From Azolla caroliniana (lineage: Eukaryota; Plantae; Polypodiophyta), in NCBI GenBank assembly GCA_043228905.1, contig JBHGNT010000010.1:15934001-15998000 (forward strand): DNA of 64,000 bases, in the 5' to 3' direction. Numbering within the stretch: position 1 is the stretch's first letter; every line of letters starts with the position of its first letter. Made by a program: the position numbers and the translations under genes. The notes beneath the pieces were generated by a model that saw nothing but the letters and a program-made list of their open reading frames with translations, made no database searches and was not told where the DNA came from. This document shows, one piece after another, positions 60,901 through 64,000 of this stretch.

Positions 60901-62946
60901 AAACTATATTGTTGCTTTGTGGACTTCCGCAAAGCCTTTGACACAGTTCCTAAGGAGAAGTTGTTTGATAGACCAGAGATACCAAATGACATGATCTGGA
61001 CCATTTATGCCCTATATGAGCAAGTCTCTGGGTGCGTAAGATGCCCAGGTGGCCTATCCGATTGGGATCTGATTGTTTCACTAGCACCATTGGTGTAAAA
61101 CTGGGTTTCCCCCTATCACCGATTCTTTTTGGGAACTACATTGATGAGATCACTGATTTTATTGCTCATAAGGGAGGCAAGGGAGTAGCTATTGGAGATA
61201 CGCAAGTTAGTCTCTTACTCTACGCAGACGACATTGTCTTGCTCTCGGAGTCGGAACACGACCTACAAAAGCATCTTAATGCCCTAGATGACTTTTGTAC
61301 ACAACGAGGACTAGTAGTGAATCTAGCGAAAACTAAAGTCCTTATCTTTCATACATCGTCCCGAGTTAGGAGTAAATGTCACCTAATCCTCTCTCATAAA
61401 CTAGTTGAGGTAGTTGGATCATATGTATACTTGGGAGTCACTTTTAGTGCTCACTTAGGTAAATTCTCGATGACCTAGGCAGCCAAAGATAGGCTAACGA
61501 GAGGGTATGCATCCCTCTCACTCTTAGAGAGACAATGCCACTAGGCATACTTTCAAGAGCCACGGACTAAGGGATGGCTCTTCGACTCATTAGTGACCCC
61601 TTCTCTCATGTATGCATCAGTAGTATGGGCTCCAGGTCTACCATCTTTCATGTGGATGCAATTAGAGAGACCTTTGGTGACGATGTTATCACATCAACTC
61701 CGAAGCAAATCGATAGTACCACATGACATTATATTAGAGCAGAGTTCAGTCTACCCCTGATGTTAGTAGAAGCACACTTTCAAGTGGTAGTTTTTATTCA
61801 TCAGATACATAGCCAACCACAAGATAGGATATCTTGTCGAGCCTTTGAGGCATCCTGATCCCTACATGTGTCTGGAGACACTAGCTCTTGGTATAGCACT
61901 GTGGTGAGTTGGTTACTTTCATGATCAAACTCTAATATCTCGTGAAGACTGTAATAAAGTGATACGCCAAGAAATATGGCAAATTTACACTCGATATAAA
62001 TGGATCACCCCACGAGAGCCACTCCCATCTAAAATGTTGTACTATAAGGAACACTTCTTGCACTTCTCTCAGTTAGGTTTTATTACACGACTAAGATATT
62101 TAGATACATTCTTATCAAATGCACTAAGGGTGGCCATTGGACAACTTAGGATATCATGTCACCAATTTGAGATTGAGAATGGTCAGGCTAATAGAGTCCC
62201 TAGAGAGGAAAGGCTATGTAGGTTGTGCCACATAGAGATAGAGGATGAGTATCACTTCACATGCAAGTGCCCAACTTATGCCGAGATACGAGTGGAATAC
62301 CAAGGCATATTAGGACCCTCTCCCACCCTCCCCAAACTATTACATACCCCGGATGTAAAGAGACTAGGTAGGTATATCTTAGAGCTAAAACAACATAGGG
62401 AGAATAAATTACAAAGTGTTAACCATAACCCTTTTACTATTCATCAACTTGTAACTAGTGTATTTTTTTAAGAACAAGGGGAGACGATGAATGTGGATAC
62501 ACTTACACCGCTCGGCCTCTCTCTTGAGGAAGCCGAAATGCAAAGAACAACCAAACACCCTCGGATGTTGGGCTTCCAAACAAGTCGACACAGAGTAGAA
62601 AGGATTAAGAAGATAAGGGAACGTGAGCTACGTCGACTAGAAGCTATGGTTGGGGTACCTTTTACATTGGGGTCAGGGGCCACATCCACATCGAAACCCT
62701 TTGACCTCCTGCTTCTCTTCAAGAGACTTGGATGGAAATGAAATTAGGTCTAGTATAACATCATTTTCATTGTAGAACATGTTTGTTATTTTACTAGAAC
62801 TATTTAGCTTAAAACTCTATTTTTATTTTTATTTTTACTTCAATAAATGGGTAAATATCCCATTTTTTGTTGTAAACCATTTGTCTCATGGGCCAATTTT
62901 GGCCTTAGAAGATGTTAATATATCTTTCTTTCTTTCTCTCTCTCTC
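57938..62946 (+). mobile_element. Near full-length decayed LINE (RTE-X-like): 5' UTR, ORF1 ~58280-59100, ORF2 APE-RT-CCHC ~59105-62740
   Basis: ORF1 RRLNVRVTGL..IYLDEDLT; APE LWNC, VETH, GDFNA; RT QAGFR, FVDFRKAFD, YADD, YLG; C-terminal HQFEIENG..REERLCRLC..EDEYHF..C; (TTTC)n(TC)n tail. Clade assigned by motif resemblance. Confidence 0.85.
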
Positions 62947-63391
62947 CCTCATGTTAACCCCCTTGGGAGGGGAGGGGAGCCATTCTACGCTCCACCGCCT
63001 ACCCCAAAAACACCTAGTGGCGACAACCATTCTCATATCAACACCCAAAACAAGTGTCCACCTTTGCCATGGATAGTTTCTATCTGTATGCCTCACACAA
63101 GTTTCCCACCACAAGAATCTCTTATTGACCGAATGTCGATTTCTTGCTCGAGAAGGTTAGGCGTGTACATCTTCTCGTCTTTGTAAGACCTTCTCGCAAT
63201 CATCGATATGATTTGCCATGAAGCACCTGCACCTATCCTCATCCAAGGTCTTGTGTTTTCCTGGCACCCCTTTATTAAGATGTCATCAAGGAATGGCATG
63301 GTGATATTGGGGATGCAATCTCTCAATACCTTGTTCATTGCATTCACCATGTGGGCAACAAAGTTTGTGTTGCCTTATGGTAGGGTACATA

Positions 63392-64000
63392 GGTAAAGGT
63401 TTATATTGTTGCTTCGTAGACTTCAAAAAATCTTTTGATATGGTACCTCGTGAGCATATTTGGAGGCAAATGGAATAACTCAAGGTGCCAAGTGAATATA
63501 TGCTTACAATTTCTCGAATCTATGAGAAGGTTATATGTTGTGTGTGTATAGGCGATAGACTTTCAGTTTTTTCCGATAACACTATTGGTGTTATGCAAGA
63601 TGCCCACTTTCACCAACTCTATTTGTGTTATGCTTTGATGAATGGGAAGAAATGGTTGCCTAGTTTGTAAAGATGTAAGGCATTAAAGAAGTTGTCATTG
63701 GAAATGTAGTCATCATGCTTTTGTTATATGCACATGATGTAGTGTTTTTTGCAAATAATTTAGGAGATGCACAAAACCTTACAAAAGCATTGGAAATTTT
63801 TTACATGCATACTAAATTAAGCATCAATAGCTCTAAAACAAAGATTATTCTTGTGAAGAGCCATAAAAAAGATAAATTATGCATTATGTACAATAATGAG
63901 TCTTGAATGTGTGGAAAGCTTCAAATATCTTGGCCTTGAAGTTCTTTCAAATCATAGATGGAATGAATGTGCTACACCCCACTCAGAGGCAAGAAAGAGA
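63392..64000 (+). mobile_element. Second LINE, 5'-truncated RT fragment, running off the window
   Basis: LYCCFVDFKKSFD, LLYAHD, INSSKTK, FKYLG. Confidence 0.8.

Larger units (their letters stand above)
57582..63052. mobile_element. Insertion N: probable solo LTR (~0.4 kb) split by a LINE
   Basis: Bounded by TGTT...AACA with a 5-bp TSD GGTGT/AGTGT inside L RT; non-coding arms at 57582-57860 and 62947-63052. Confidence 0.6.
27086..63391 (-). mobile_element. Element L: decayed Gypsy pol (C/D/E-related) in pieces 27086-27180, 50614-51133, 56646-57581 and 63053-63391; base of nest 2
   Basis: Pieces are collinear RT-RH-IN and rejoin across insertions: AKVD|TIKEMK, GRSLRNK|TT, PEDLELA|EKLEVARLKNK. 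Confidence 0.8.

Noticed and set aside
62487-62741. Separate LINE ORF3
   Set aside because: It follows a T run at the end of the ORF2 fragment and is more simply a frameshifted ORF2 C-terminus.

Overview
The window is almost entirely nested retrotransposon DNA; no host gene, genuine RNA gene or CRISPR array is supportable. The element mix (Tcn1-like chromoviruses, tRNA-Trp-primed non-chromovirus Ty3/Gypsy, tRNA-iMet-primed Copia, RTE-X-like LINEs) suggests a non-seed land plant, probably a bryophyte (inference). Two nests were reconstructed from termini, TSDs and rejoined reading frames. Nest 1 (1-25.9 kb): an old Copia fragment Q carries Copia B; B carries chromovirus A (the only intact pol) and Gypsy C; C carries Gypsy D (in gag) and Copia F (in its 3' LTR). 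Nest 2 (27.1-64 kb): decayed Gypsy L carries Copia I, Copia M, solo LTR N (with a LINE inside) and a second LINE. I carries LTR O, Gypsy E (with solo LTR G and captured chromovirus fragment P) and Copias J and K (both in its 3' LTR). Truncated Copia H lies between the nests. Main signals: (1) three different Gypsy LTRs carry a tRNA-type Pol III A-box/B-box module, antisense, at the outer edge of U3; (2) all four checkable insertions of the Trp-primed Gypsy group made 4-bp TSDs centred on CG; (3) these elements have a covarying GGAUUUU-UAG plus pseudoknot -1 frameshift placed after the protease; (4) element A has a GUUAAAC plus stem-loop/pseudoknot gag-pol frameshift.
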